This document shows positions 23,211 to 34,880 of a DNA stretch of 64,000 nucleotides, in pieces. The stretch is from contig CAVXZB010000087.1 in assembly GCA_963765895.1 (NCBI GenBank), positions 1 through 64,000 on the forward strand, written 5' to 3'. Made by a program: the position numbers and the translations under genes. This DNA comes from an uncultured Nitrososphaeraceae archaeon. GTDB lineage: Archaea > Thermoproteota > Nitrososphaeria > Nitrososphaerales > Nitrososphaeraceae. A model generated the notes under the pieces. It saw only the letters and a list, made by a program, of their open reading frames with translations, ran no database searches and was not told the origin of the DNA. Positions within the stretch are counted from its first letter, which is position 1; each line of letters opens with the position of its first letter.

Positions 23211-23784
23211 CTAATACGGCGTACCTTTTGTTTCTCTTTGGTTTTTTAGTGCTTCTATAAACCACTCAAATTCATCTAGGAATCGTTTGACTCTCTTTTC
23301 GTATCTTTCATCAATTAATTTTCCAGTTTCATCGAAAACCTCATGTACTCTTGATATTGGAAATGATGAAGGTATAGATGGTGCTCCTCAGCTCAGCAAA
23401 TATTAGCCTCATTTGCTGAGCAGCATTAATTCCGCCAAAACCCCCAGGAGAGTAAGATACTATTGCAGAAGGCTTGAAATAATATTCTTCCAAAAAGTAA
23501 TCCAGTGTATTTTTCATTGCAGCAGAAGTGCTGTGATTATATTCTGGAGTAACAGGCATATATCCTTCCGCAGATTTGATTTTTTCATGAAGATCAATTA
23601 GCTTTTCTGTAGGATTTGTCATTTCTTTATACATCCTGTCAAGCAAAGGCAAATTGATCTCGATAGGATCAATAAAAAATACAGTATGATTACGGCCTTT
23701 AAGTTTCTCTTCAATCCATCGAGATACTTTGATACCTTGTCTATGATGTCTGACTGAACCTACGATTAAAGCAATTTTAGCCAT
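23211..23784 (-). CDS. NADPH-dependent FMN reductase, 1-nt frameshift at ~23388
   Basis: IVGSVR, VTPEYNHS...MKNTLDY and SPGGFGG; C-terminal RFLDEFEWF in the shifted frame. Confidence 0.9.
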
Positions 23785-23929
23785 AGGAGTCTTTTCTATG
23801 CCAGCATTATTATTATTATTATTAGTGGATTTTAAATAGCATATTAAACAGACAAAGCTTAGAAAGGTAAAACAGAAGTTTCACAGGGCATTTCTACATA
23901 CTAAAATTTGGTGATATCAGATGTATATA

Positions 23930-24058
23930 TTATTGCCAGCAGCAACCCTTCCTTCTATAACTAGCATACTTTTCATGCTGCTCGAGTCCTTGCTGGGAGA
24001 TAAATGAAGTATCGCACTCTTCACACTTGAAATGTGCATTAGCTGATGTCCAGCTCAT
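23930..24058 (-). CDS. 42-aa C2H2-like zinc-finger microprotein (not in ORF track)
   Basis: MSWTSANAHFKCEECDTSFISQQGLEQHEKYASYRRKGCCWQ*. Confidence 0.6.
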   Translation of the reverse strand: MSWTSANAHFKCEECDTSFISQQGLEQHEKYASYRRKGCCWQ

Positions 24059-24610
24059 TTAGAATCAAAATGCATTTATTAATTAAATAGGTTTCTTATC
24101 TCCAACAGACGTTCATAACAAGTATGATTGTGATAAACAGTAAGACTATCAAGAACCAAGTGGTATGGAATTCTACAACTATAGATAACGCTATGAACTA
24201 TATCAAAAACAAGCAGCAACCTCGCATTTATCAACATTGTCACAATTCATTCATACTTCCCTACATTATACTTTTAACATTGCCTACTCTATAGTAGCCG
24301 GCCCTAATGAGTTAGTAGACCGCGATATTTGTAGGAATTTTTAGTTGATGTGGATAATATGGGAGTGCTGTTAAGATTGATGTGCCATTTAGCATGAACT
24401 TTTAATATGTTATTGTTTAACGTTTCATTATCTGGTTATTCGATCGACATCGAGGTGTATTTATGATAGTAGCATTAAATAAATTTATTACTATTATGAC
24501 ACCATATGGTGTTAAAAAGTTGATAGCCGTATCCATAGATACACCCTCATTATGTAATGACATCGAAACGAACAGAATCCTTACTCCACGATGAAGATGA
24601 TTGCGACTAT

Positions 24611-24800
24611 TTATATGAGATTGTGTATTCGCAGATGAGTGCTTACCTGAACTTCATCCTCGAATTCCATTCCACAGTGACGACAATGATAAATACCTTG
24701 CCGTTCAATATTCTCTCTTTTTTGAATTAGGATGTTGTTTTCTTCTTCTGCATCCTGTACTGCTACGTAAACGAATTCTTCTGTTGATAAGAATATCCTT
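24611..24800 (-). pseudogene. Fragment ending in a canonical C2H2 zinc finger
   Basis: ...ERQGIYHCRHCGMEFEDEVQVSTHLRIHNLI*; no clear start codon. Confidence 0.55.
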
Positions 24801-25359
24801 TATCATCAGTTTTATTTTTTGTAAGTCGCTCTTATGATCACTATCTAACGTAATAATATTACGACTATTATCTATATTAAGGCCTATATCTTTGACATCA
24901 TGATTTCTGACGTTTCTTTGGCTTTTCAGGTCATGATTATGATGGCGGTATCTGTATTCTCAGCTCAATATCGTAGATAATGGTAGCCTTGAAGTTCGCA
25001 GGAAGAAAATTAAGGTCTTTATTTATTACCACAAATAAATAAGGATTAACTATGTTTTAATCCTGTTGATGATGAGATGCTATAACGTAAATTTGGCAGA
25101 ATTGCATCGTAGTAATCAACTTAGAAAATCAAGATAATATAGCCCATTAATTGGTTGATCTATGATTAAATTTAACAGTTGGTCTTTCCAAATTATCAAG
25201 TCGATATGAAGAAGGATGTCGACTTTGGATAGATATTTGCTAAAGTTATACCAAATATCATAGCACCAACTAATTAGGCAGTGGCAACAGAAGGAATGAC
25301 TTTTTTTGTTTTCGTTCTTTTCGTGACCATTAATGCAACTCTTATGAGAATGGTACCTG

Positions 25360-25505
25360 ATAGCTATCACGGTAATTGCTGTTATCTTCTCATGCAGTAC
25401 TACCCAGCCTAACAAGACAGTTATAACTGGACTAACATAAGCAAAGGTATTTGCTAACGAGGCAGATGTAACCCTAAGAAGCCAATAAAAGTCTGTAAAC
25501 CCCAA
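25360..25505 (-). pseudogene. EamA/DMT transporter C-terminal fragment
   Basis: YWLLRVTSASLANTFAYVSPVITVLLGWVVLHEKIT. Confidence 0.7.
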
Positions 25506-25588
25506 ACTAGTTGACCATGCTAGAGTGAAACTGATTTAATCGGACATAATACGTAGATTGTTAGTTACGAATGAGTTTCGGCAATAAC

Positions 25589-25981
25589 TTAATTCAGTAT
25601 AATACTCAGCAATCCTATCAAGTCTTCGTTTTCAAATGGTTTTCTCAGAATGCTACAATATGTCTTTTCTGATTCTGGAGATAACTCGTGCCTAATCAGT
25701 TCATGATGTATTATGCCCGAACATAGGAGATATATCTTAAGCTTGTTATTTATTTTCATTATCTTCTGATACAGATCAAAATCATTCACATAAGACATTG
25801 ATAAATCGACCAATACTAAATCATATAGTCCTTCTGCGACTTTCTTTAATGCCGCAGACGGATCGCTAAAGGAATCAACTTTGAATCCGTTATTTTGAAG
25901 TACTGTCTTTAGTGTTAGATACGTATCACGTCCACTAGTGTTATTTGCATTGTCAAGGATCAGAATTCTGGTCGTACACAT
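25589..25981 (-). CDS. Stand-alone response regulator receiver protein
   Basis: RILILD...FKVDSFSDP...YDLVLVD...LRKPF. Confidence 0.85.
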   Translation of the reverse strand: MCTTRILILDNANNTSGRDTYLTLKTVLQNNGFKVDSFSDPSAALKKVAEGLYDLVLVDLSMSYVNDFDLYQKIMKINNKLKIYLLCSGIIHHELIRHELSPESEKTYCSILRKPFENEDLIGLLSIILN

Positions 25982-27031
25982 CTTATTGGCCTCTCCAATT
26001 ACTACAGCAACAACTTACGTCATTAGTGATATCTACAATCGGATGCTTGAGCCAAAGACCACACTTTGTATTGCTATAGTACATGGGGGCGCTAAATTGC
26101 CAACTAGCTTCCAATTCCAGATATGAGGCTGTGAAGCCTTTCAAAACATAGATCGAATTTTCAGACATGAATTGCGTAACATATCGTTCATTTGATATAC
26201 TAACCTTAGTCTAAATCAATTATGATTTTGTATCAAATCAGCTTACTATTGCTTTTTATCGTAGATAAGAGAACCAAGCTCAAAATTCTTAGCTTACTAT
26301 GGAGCCTAAAAAGCGATCCATCAACCAATTGATGATAAGATAACAAGATATAACAATATGGGCATATTAAGCTACAAACATCGAAATTGGGAGTAGCCAG
26401 ACTCAACTGCATTTGACAAAATATCGCTATTCTTATCTACCCTAATGCTTGCTGAGTATCAGCTTTTTATGATTAATTAGTAACGAGTTTGAGCCCAGTT
26501 TTAATCTTTAATAATACACATAGTTTCTGATGAAATGCCTAACTTGGGAATTAATCTCGTGTACTTGTGCACATCGCTATGCTAATTTTCAAAATAACAT
26601 ACTACTAAAGAGGACCATTAGCGCTGTCAAAAACGCATGTTTCCGAAAAACTCCTCAGGTATACACTCAAAACAAGCCTTTGATTGTCGACTTTATGCCA
26701 TGGTGCTACGTATTAATACAACAATAGTACTCTTACGCATAGTTCGAGAGAAAAATTGCGCATAGAACATGGCGAGATTAGAATGTAGTTGAGCACGGTA
26801 GTCAATGATAATCGTCGTTAATAATAAGTCGCTAGAGTGTGCATAACTTTCACGAATCAAATAAAGCTGCCTGTAGTATGAGTTGTTCAGACATTAAATT
26901 ATCTGAATCTGAGATGTTACGTTGCCTTCTTTTATAACTGCATTTACCTAGTATAAAAGATTGGTTTGATGATTAATTGATATTATGACTAGTCGACGCT
27001 AAATGACAAGAGCGACAACCCTCCTGATGTC

Positions 27032-27331
27032 TTAGAGCAGCACTAGATCATCTACTGGGGAAATCATGACAACTGCCTTCTCGCCAGCGATTGCTTTTTT
27101 CATTCTCTCTATTACATCATTGACGTTATCAGAATTTACTACCGTAGCCACAATCTTCCTCGTAGTGTAAGCAAGCTCAAATGTACCACTTCCTCTACCA
27201 GATGCAATTCTCTCTTTATCCTTTGTCGCACCCTTTACATCGTAAATCGTAGCTTCGAGACCCATTTCTTTTAGCGAGGCGATAATATCTGCAACATGTT
27301 CTGGCTTCAAGATGACTCCGAGTCTCTTCAT
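27032..27331 (-). CDS. Divergent P-II family protein (likely start 27331)
   Basis: MKRLGVILKPE...VKG...SGRGSG T-loop...IVATVV...ISPVDD; lacks the GDGKIF and RIRTGE motifs. Confidence 0.75.
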   Translation of the reverse strand: MKRLGVILKPEHVADIIASLKEMGLEATIYDVKGATKDKERIASGRGSGTFELAYTTRKIVATVVNSDNVNDVIERMKKAIAGEKAVVMISPVDDLVLL

Positions 27332-27765
27332 ACTTTTTGATTTCTTGCCTGGCTTTTCAGAGTAGGCCACTTCAAATGGTAGGGTCAGTTTATCTCCAAC
27401 CATAACTTTAGTTAATTGAGAAGTGCTAGAAAAGTATTATGGTACTAAGATGCATAGCATAGATAATATTATCTGATTTATGCTTGCTAAAAAATTTGTG
27501 TTATATCACGAGTCCAGAATTAGATTTATTGAACAATAACGCTACTTAAAACCCGAATGCTCAATAAAAGTAATGGATTGAATTCAAATGAAGAATCCAT
27601 TTAGTATATAGAATGAATATAACAAAAGTTATCATCTTCTTCAGGACAGTTGGTGAGCCTGATTCCATATTACTATCATAGCTTTCGCATAGCTATGAAA
27701 ATTTACTGAAATTTGTACGACGGCGCCACAGATTGAAGAACCTTTGGAGATGAGCTCACTGTCAT

Positions 27766-28107
27766 TTAAGCAGAGTCTAATCGAGATGAATTTATTTGTT
27801 TTTGGTACTGAGTCCTATTAGTAGGGTTGGACATTTTGTTCCTTCCGACTATTTCATCGATTTTTTTGGTATTTGTATATCCTAAATTTCCACGATCTCC
27901 AACTCTTAGATCTACCTTACTATAATTTCTTATCTGATCTTCATATTTAGTCATGACTTTCTCTAGGTGGTTTCTTTCCGTATGTTCCACTTTTACATCG
28001 GGGATGATTTCCACTTTGTTCGACTCTAGATTCCTAAACATGCCTTTATAGGAAGAATTGCCAAAGAGAGGTTCTCCTCCGAATAGAAATCGAAGTAGTT
28101 TCAACAT
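27766..28107 (-). CDS. Hypothetical protein
   Basis: 113-aa ORF with a plausible start; no recognised motif. Confidence 0.4.
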   Translation of the reverse strand: MLKLLRFLFGGEPLFGNSSYKGMFRNLESNKVEIIPDVKVEHTERNHLEKVMTKYEDQIRNYSKVDLRVGDRGNLGYTNTKKIDEIVGRNKMSNPTNRTQYQKQINSSRLDSA

Positions 28108-28659
28108 ATTAAGAATATATAATAAATCGAGTTACATGAAATAAGATGTAAAAAATAAACTCCTATTTGGTCAAAAATTCGAGACAAAATTTGTAATGAC
28201 AGCAGTAGTTTATCAGATGACCCAGGATTCAAAATAATTCCTTGTCAACTAGAGATCCTTGTGTAGTCAATAATAATTACCCAGTCATGCTAGTAGAAAG
28301 CGCGCTCCAGACTGCTATATTAGACAGAACACTTTGGATCAGTTTAATATGTCAAATAGCGCAAAGACATAAACACCAATTGATAGTTTTGTTAGAAGAC
28401 ATCCTAAGTTAGCTAAGTCGTTTCAGTTCTCTTGGCAGGACCTAAGATAATCCACTAGATGCAGATATATATCAATACAATAGGCAAAGAAGAATTAAAT
28501 TCGTTTCAGTAGCCATTGTCGACTTGAGTCTGAATAACTGGATTGGAATCTATAAACTTTATAGCATATAGATTATACAACCGACTTCATAATATGGTTT
28601 CAGTATTTTGACGACAACTATCTGAGCAAGTCAAATGTGGAAAAATTCAAATCTAAAAA

Positions 28660-29610
28660 TCATAGGAAATGGAGCATGTAGTGAACGTTACACAGCACAC
28701 GGCATACTAATTGATTCTTATGATGATGATGAAAATCAGCAATATTATTTTTTGAATGGCTGTCCGACTGTAATTCAGGCGAATTGTGTGAGAGTGAGTA
28801 GTTGCCACCAGACGAAGGTAAAGTCAAGACAAAAGGGCTATCAGTACCACTCGACATCGAATCTTTTGGCGTCATCGTAGATTCAGGCTTCAATAATTTG
28901 TTACCATGAGTGCCCGTCCTGGGCATGGTTGTAGTATGAGGCTTTTGTTGATCCTTGGCCGTCTTATTATGTTCGTCAATAGTTGATGCAGTGGAAGCAT
29001 TCCTCGATTTATTAGACTGTTGTTTGGGGTTAAGAGATAACAACTGTGTCTGATTCTTGTTACTACTAGAGACATTAGAATCACTTTTCAAGATAGGTAG
29101 TTGGGCATGCGAGGTTAAGGGGAAAGTCAATGCGCTAGTGAAGTTTACACTATAATATTTTGTCAAATTCGTAGGTTTATCATTACAAATTAGCTTTGCT
29201 GTAGCCTTGTTGCTCGCTCCGGGTTTTAGTGTAGTATATTTAGCGCTAAGAGGAAATTTCCAGGTTGAATAATCATTTGTACCGTTATGGCCCGTAGGAA
29301 TGACATGCTGATACGGTTTTATATTATTCACGATTATCGAAACTTGACAATTAGTATGACTATTGTACATCGATATTCCAGTTAAGGTAAGATTTTTAGC
29401 TTCAGGAATTCTTTGGCCTTGGGTCGGGAATATTATTTTTATGCCCGGCAGTTTAGATTTAGCCAACAGGTTTGTTGGCGCTTTGTTTTCTATAGTGCTA
29501 CCTTGTGCGTATGATAAACTAATTAGAATCTGCGAACCGACCAACAGTAAACAGATAATTACTGTCATAATTAATGTGAAGAATCTATAAACCAATCTTA
29601 ACGAATTCAT
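28660..29610 (-). CDS. Secreted hypothetical protein with an Ig-like N-terminal domain (Nitrososphaeraceae type)
   Basis: Signal/TM segment; IKIIFPTQGQ...CQVSIIVNN...DYSTWKF...NKATAKLIC...KYYSVNFT; low-complexity tail. Confidence 0.7.
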   Translation of the reverse strand: MNSLRLVYRFFTLIMTVIICLLLVGSQILISLSYAQGSTIENKAPTNLLAKSKLPGIKIIFPTQGQRIPEAKNLTLTGISMYNSHTNCQVSIIVNNIKPYQHVIPTGHNGTNDYSTWKFPLSAKYTTLKPGASNKATAKLICNDKPTNLTKYYSVNFTSALTFPLTSHAQLPILKSDSNVSSSNKNQTQLLSLNPKQQSNKSRNASTASTIDEHNKTAKDQQKPHTTTMPRTGTHGNKLLKPESTMTPKDSMSSGTDSPFVLTLPSSGGNYSLSHNSPELQSDSHSKNNIADFHHHHKNQLVCRVLCNVHYMLHFL

Positions 29611-30262
29611 CCGATTAGGACTATAAAATGTGTGATATGAATGGAAGTTGATAAAAGGGCTTACATGTCACCATCTGATGCAAACCCTGAGTAGTACTGA
29701 CTGAATGTATCCACCGTGAAACCACATATTATCATTACCACCTTATTCTGCAATTTTATTAATTTTCAAAATTTAGCATACGATTAATCTTGTCACCGAA
29801 ATTATCTCCTTTTTGTCACAGTAATCATTTAAATCACTATTCAGTATAAAAAAGATGTAAAACACTCCTGATTTTTTGAACTGACATAATTATGATTTTT
29901 CAAGTCAGTTATAATACTGACGTTGAATGGATTGAATCAGCATAATATGACAAAAATAACATGGATTAGGTGCTTTCATGTTATATGCTTGTTTTATGAT
30001 GATTAAAATAAGCATTTAATATTTTACAGATTTGTGGATCAAGTAATTGTATTCTAATATGTAGTCCCAATCATGAGATATTATACAGATCCTCAAAAAT
30101 ATAGCGATTATAATTAAATGAACATGTAATGTCCACGATTATTATTATTATTATTATTATCTACCTATTAGCGTAGACAGATGATGTGAGCGTCACGATG
30201 TTTCAGTTATAGTAACCTCATTTATAAAAAAAGAATCTACGGGGCAATTTAGCTTACTTTAG

Positions 30263-30752
30263 TTACTTAACTAACATGACTGGACAAGTGGCATGAGTTA
30301 ATACAGATGAGGCGACACTTCCAAGTAACGCTTTCTTGAATGCAGATTGACCTTTAGTACCAATCACGATCAAATTAACATCATTGTTTGCTGCATAGGT
30401 TAAGATTTCATCCGCTATAGATTTAGTACCCGACAAGTACTTCGGTTTGTATATTAATTTTTTTATCAACATCACTTGTCTGTTTTTCTTTAATTTTATT
30501 AAACCATTCCTGAGCTTCCAAACTAGCTAATTCGATCGCACCTTTGACTGGGCTCGGGATGTCGGGATCGACTCTATCTGTCAAATAATCATATCTAATA
30601 TCTTGTGGCAATACATGAACTGCAATAATATTAGAGATGTTCAGTTGCTTTGCAATTGATATTGCCGAATCTGCAGCTCTTAATGCAATTGCAGATCCAT
30701 CTATTCCAACGAGAATTTTGGAAAACAATTGCTTACTATTTATTCCTGACAA
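30263..30752 (-). CDS. Universal stress protein, 1-nt frameshift at ~30430
   Basis: FSKILVGIDGS...; LIVIGTKG...LLGSVASSVLTHATCPVMLVK. Confidence 0.92.
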
Positions 30753-31055
30753 TGTATTTTCACACTCAAGTTACTGAATAAATAATTATAATATTGTTTA
30801 CTTTAAATATATTTATGACTTATCCTCATTCTATAATAATAGTTAGCTAATCAATACCAGAGATATGATATCAAATCGATTCCATTGATAATCTCATAAA
30901 CTTACCATATATCTAAATGTGCTAGCTATGTGGTTATAGAAAATTGATTTTTTCTAGCCTAAAAGTAATTGACATAGTTGATCATCTATTAACAAACTAC
31001 TGTAAAAAAAGCCATAAATAGAAACGGATAATTAATTTTCAAATTTTTAAATGTA

Positions 31056-31449
31056 TTATGAAGTGGTGGTATTGGTTTTGTTTTTGCTTCCGCCGGTTAG
31101 GATTGTAGAATTCTTTGCGATTTCAGTACTTCTGATCCTATAATATTGGTCCACTTTTCCATCACGGCATGCATCTATGGGTTGGCCAGCATGTTCCGCA
31201 CATATCTTACTAACTGCAGGACTTAATTGACTATCACAAGCGAGCATAGCCTTTTGGCAATGATTTCAAACAAAAACTGACTACGCTATTAAGTCGTGCA
31301 TTTATTAATGGTATGTTGTTATTACTATTATTTGTATTAGGTGATCTATTGTAAAATGAAATAGCACCAGCAACTGCTGATGATAAAAGCACTCCCATGA
31401 GTATAATAACTACGAGTTTATTACCACGTATCATTGTCGGTGGCCACAA
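31056..31449 (-). CDS. Small membrane-anchored Cys-containing hypothetical protein, frameshifted
   Basis: Two overlapping ORFs that join into TM + FCLKSLP...ACD...IC...DAC. Confidence 0.5.
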
Positions 31450-31715
31450 TTATGCATGAAGCAGCCGCATTAAATACATTTCTTACACCTTTTAAATGTT
31501 TTAATATTCTATGAGGCTAGAATTTATGAGTTGTAACTAATATCATTTGTGCTAAAAATGGTTCGACTCTAATAGTATATTAGGATAGTCCACTTGACAA
31601 ACACCATTCTTAACCTATCGTTCGTTGGCGATATCGAAGTGATCGGATGTCATGAAATAGTTGCTAATAGCATAGTTATCATTTTGTGTTTCCCATCCAA
31701 GAAAATGGATTCGTT

Positions 31716-32822
31716 TCAGAATTTCAGAGTTAAAACATTTGGATATACTTGAAAGGTTCCAGGAAGAATACCAATTGGTTCTCCATCAACAGTAACTGTG
31801 ATATCTCTCTCTTTAGATCTAATTGAGACCTTCTTGCTCTGCGTGCAATAGATGTCATTATTCTCAAACGTCTGTTCTGAATCACCCCTCATATCTGCAA
31901 ATCCATCCAACATTTTGAAGCTACCAGAGTTTTTAAGAATAGTTACATCTAATAAACCATCTGAGACGCTTGCATTCGGGGCCGCTTTAAAGCCTCCACC
32001 TAGATAGCTACCGTTAGCTATTACACCCATCGTCATCTTCAACACTAAACTCTGTCTTCCATCATCTATGGAGACTTCGCAAAGATTACTCTCATAGGTA
32101 GGTAGCGTAGCAATGACGCTTGAAATTGTAGATACAATGCGGCTCTTGACCTTATCCCTAATTTTTTTCGATCTGTCTATGATTTCCGCACCAACCCCTA
32201 TTTCAGCGGCGTTAAGAAAAAGACGAGTTATTACTCCCTCAGAATGGTCCTTTGCATCTGTTCCTGGCTTACCTGTAGATATTCGTGTTGTCAAAGCAGA
32301 AATGACATCTATCTTTTGTGGTTTGCCATTCACAAATCTCTGACAACATTCAACAATCCCATCAGGTAAATCCAAGGATTTGGCGAGTACATTTCTTGAT
32401 CCCGCAGGAACCACACCCATGATCGCATCAGATTCTATAGGTTTCAAGATAGGTGATGCGCGTGTACTTTCACCATGGTTTTGCTTACCAAGCATGTGAG
32501 TATCTAGCTTATGAGTAGAGATTTGACTTTCAACTACTATTTCTTCAAAGAAGCCATTTACGACCTCGTTTATGGTTCCATCTCCCCCTAGTGCAACTAT
32601 TTCCTTAAACCCCTTTCTTAATAAATCCCTTGTGAGAAAAGTTCCCTGTCCTGGTTTTTTACTGAATACAGCGTAAGGATTCTCGCCAAAGATACCCTTA
32701 ATCTTGCCGTAAAGTTCCTCCCAATTCTTGCCAGTTAATCCACCACAAGAATTTGGATTTACTACCAGTGCTGTTTCTGTGCTTGTTTGCTCTTGCTGGC
32801 TCATGTATATAACATATATCAT
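31716..32822 (-). CDS. Diacylglycerol kinase family (YegS/Rv2252/BmrU) lipid kinase
   Basis: VVNPNS, GGDGTINEVVNG, PAGSRN, ANGSYLGGG, DGLLD and VDGE motifs. Confidence 0.92.
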   Translation of the reverse strand: MIYVIYMSQQEQTSTETALVVNPNSCGGLTGKNWEELYGKIKGIFGENPYAVFSKKPGQGTFLTRDLLRKGFKEIVALGGDGTINEVVNGFFEEIVVESQISTHKLDTHMLGKQNHGESTRASPILKPIESDAIMGVVPAGSRNVLAKSLDLPDGIVECCQRFVNGKPQKIDVISALTTRISTGKPGTDAKDHSEGVITRLFLNAAEIGVGAEIIDRSKKIRDKVKSRIVSTISSVIATLPTYESNLCEVSIDDGRQSLVLKMTMGVIANGSYLGGGFKAAPNASVSDGLLDVTILKNSGSFKMLDGFADMRGDSEQTFENNDIYCTQSKKVSIRSKERDITVTVDGEPIGILPGTFQVYPNVLTLKF

Positions 32823-33787
32823 GTACTAATGATTGTATATATCAATCGAACTTTCATCAACCTATCATCATTCATTTATAATAAAGTTAACATGTGCGAA
32901 TAAAACATCGCATTTACGAAGCGACAGCTCCGACCGGAACAAAAAATGGAAAAATTGCCTCAAGATAATGTTACATCTAGTCAACTAGAATGCGGTCTAA
33001 ATCGTAACAGGCTTCACGCCTTGAAAATAATTAATGTTGATGATACTTACCCAAACGTTCTTACAGAAAAGACTTTAAGATGGAGAGATCTGATGATGAA
33101 TATCCAAATAGAAGATCTATTACATTTGTTATGTTTTTTACCAGTTAAATCAGTGTGATCAATGATTTGATTAATTCGAATTAGAAACCTGATTAGATCT
33201 AATCGTTATCGCAGTCGTTCTTGCACATAATGCAAATTCATTATTCTCTCATTGTTTATTAGGAATAATAAACATAACAAACTACTTTATACTAGATAAT
33301 ATTATACTGATAGTCTTACATAACATATTGGATCTTCAAGTGATCAACAATTAAGGTATTTCGATATTTTGGATTACCTAATCTATTTGAATACAAATAA
33401 ATAATAGACTCCCAACGTTTACCTAGACCCAATGCACATTAGCTTGACACTAAGATTAGGATCAGTATTATAGAAGGGATGTGGTCTAGCACACCAAATA
33501 AAATATATCGCAATTAGGAAGAGACTTACAATTACGACTCGTCAGTGATTTAATATCGTGTTATAATATATATTTGAGAATAAAAGTCGCGTCAAAAGTA
33601 GAGATAAGACAAGACATAGTAAATAGTAAGTGTTTCGATTCCGAACGAAAAGAGGCGCGATACAGTTTGACATTCAAGTGCATAACAGGATAAGATAGCA
33701 AAGCAGGTGAATATGAATCCCTCCAATTTGCCTCTCCTGACATTTTCAGTATGTCTGCATTGATTACGCGGAACTATCGTTATGGCC

Positions 33788-33970
33788 TTATCCAGTTAGA
33801 TAATTACATCGCTCGCATGTTATAAATATCTCGCCATCCACGTGGCTGAAGTGCGCATTACATGACAAACAAGTATGATGCATATCATCAAAGCCATCAT
33901 CAGCGATAAACCTAAAACTATCGAGTTTTTGATTCTTGCATTTCATACAACGGCAACCACATATCGCCAT
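33788..33970 (-). CDS. Small Cys-rich metal-binding protein
   Basis: CGCRCMKC...HHTCLSCNAHFSH...CERC in 60 aa. Confidence 0.7.
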   Translation of the reverse strand: MAICGCRCMKCKNQKLDSFRFIADDGFDDMHHTCLSCNAHFSHVDGEIFITCERCNYLTG

Positions 33971-34018
33971 TTAGCTTTATTGAATAGTATACATCATATA
34001 ATTTAATCGAAACTTCAT

Positions 34019-34276
34019 CTATGGGAATGGAAGCAATGAAAAGGCTATGCTATTTAGGCTATTCTGATTTCCTTGTACTTCAGAGTCTGAATTTGAACAG
34101 GTTATGTTTGTTGGTAATATATAATTTCCACAATTGTTGACCTGTGCCATCGTCTGAGTCTTCTTGTATTCTTTCGCCTGTGCATTTCCATCCACGCCAA
34201 TTCCAACTGTTACAACTAACAACCCTACTGTAATTATAGATATAATAGCAATCAGCTCAACTGCTTTACTTTTCAT
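34019..34276 (-). CDS. Small secreted hypothetical protein
   Basis: Signal peptide; QVNNCGN...NITCSN motif typical of Nitrososphaeraceae secreted families. Confidence 0.6.
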   Translation of the reverse strand: MKSKAVELIAIISIITVGLLVVTVGIGVDGNAQAKEYKKTQTMAQVNNCGNYILPTNITCSNSDSEVQGNQNSLNSIAFSLLPFP

Positions 34277-34880
34277 TTATATGATAGATATTGTGTTGTA
34301 AGGTTTATCTACATTCGGCGGTATTTTATGACTTGCTAAATCTTATATTTGTTCTATATCTGAAATATCTTATTATCTCTTATAAGATATCTTGAAATTA
34401 TGTCCTTGTGTTATGTATTGCCTACCAATTTAATAGGGTATAGATAGATTCAGGTAACTTTGCCTTATGTGCATATCTAGCTATTCGAACTAATATTAGA
34501 TCATACCCGTATAATCTCGCATAATACATAAACATAATAGTTCGGATAGTCTACTCTGTTCATATTATAGACGTCAAAAAACTGATTGAGTCAGAAGAAG
34601 TCTACAAACTTTAGAGTACCTTACGATATAGTACAACATTCATTTTATTAGCGAGCAAGTTATGATTTTGGAATTTGGGCCCCTGAATTGGCCGGATTTG
34701 CCGAATTGCTGTATCAAAGGATCGGAAATAGTTCGTACTCTAAAGCCTAAAAATAGAGAGTCGGACTGGATAGCAAATATAATATAGTAGTATTCTTATC
34801 TGGGTTTTAGAAATATTTATGAATGTAATGACGACATCAAATTTTTGTGCTTGATCATATAGACAGGAACTGAATATAAG

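Noticed and set aside
30138-30160. (ATT)n microsatellite, and poly-Asn tracts in MFS and cdc48
   Set aside because: Common low-complexity feature of this lineage; no specific function supportable.
33645-33745. AGAGGCGCG resembling a lysine riboswitch start
   Set aside because: The remaining conserved elements and a relevant downstream gene are absent.
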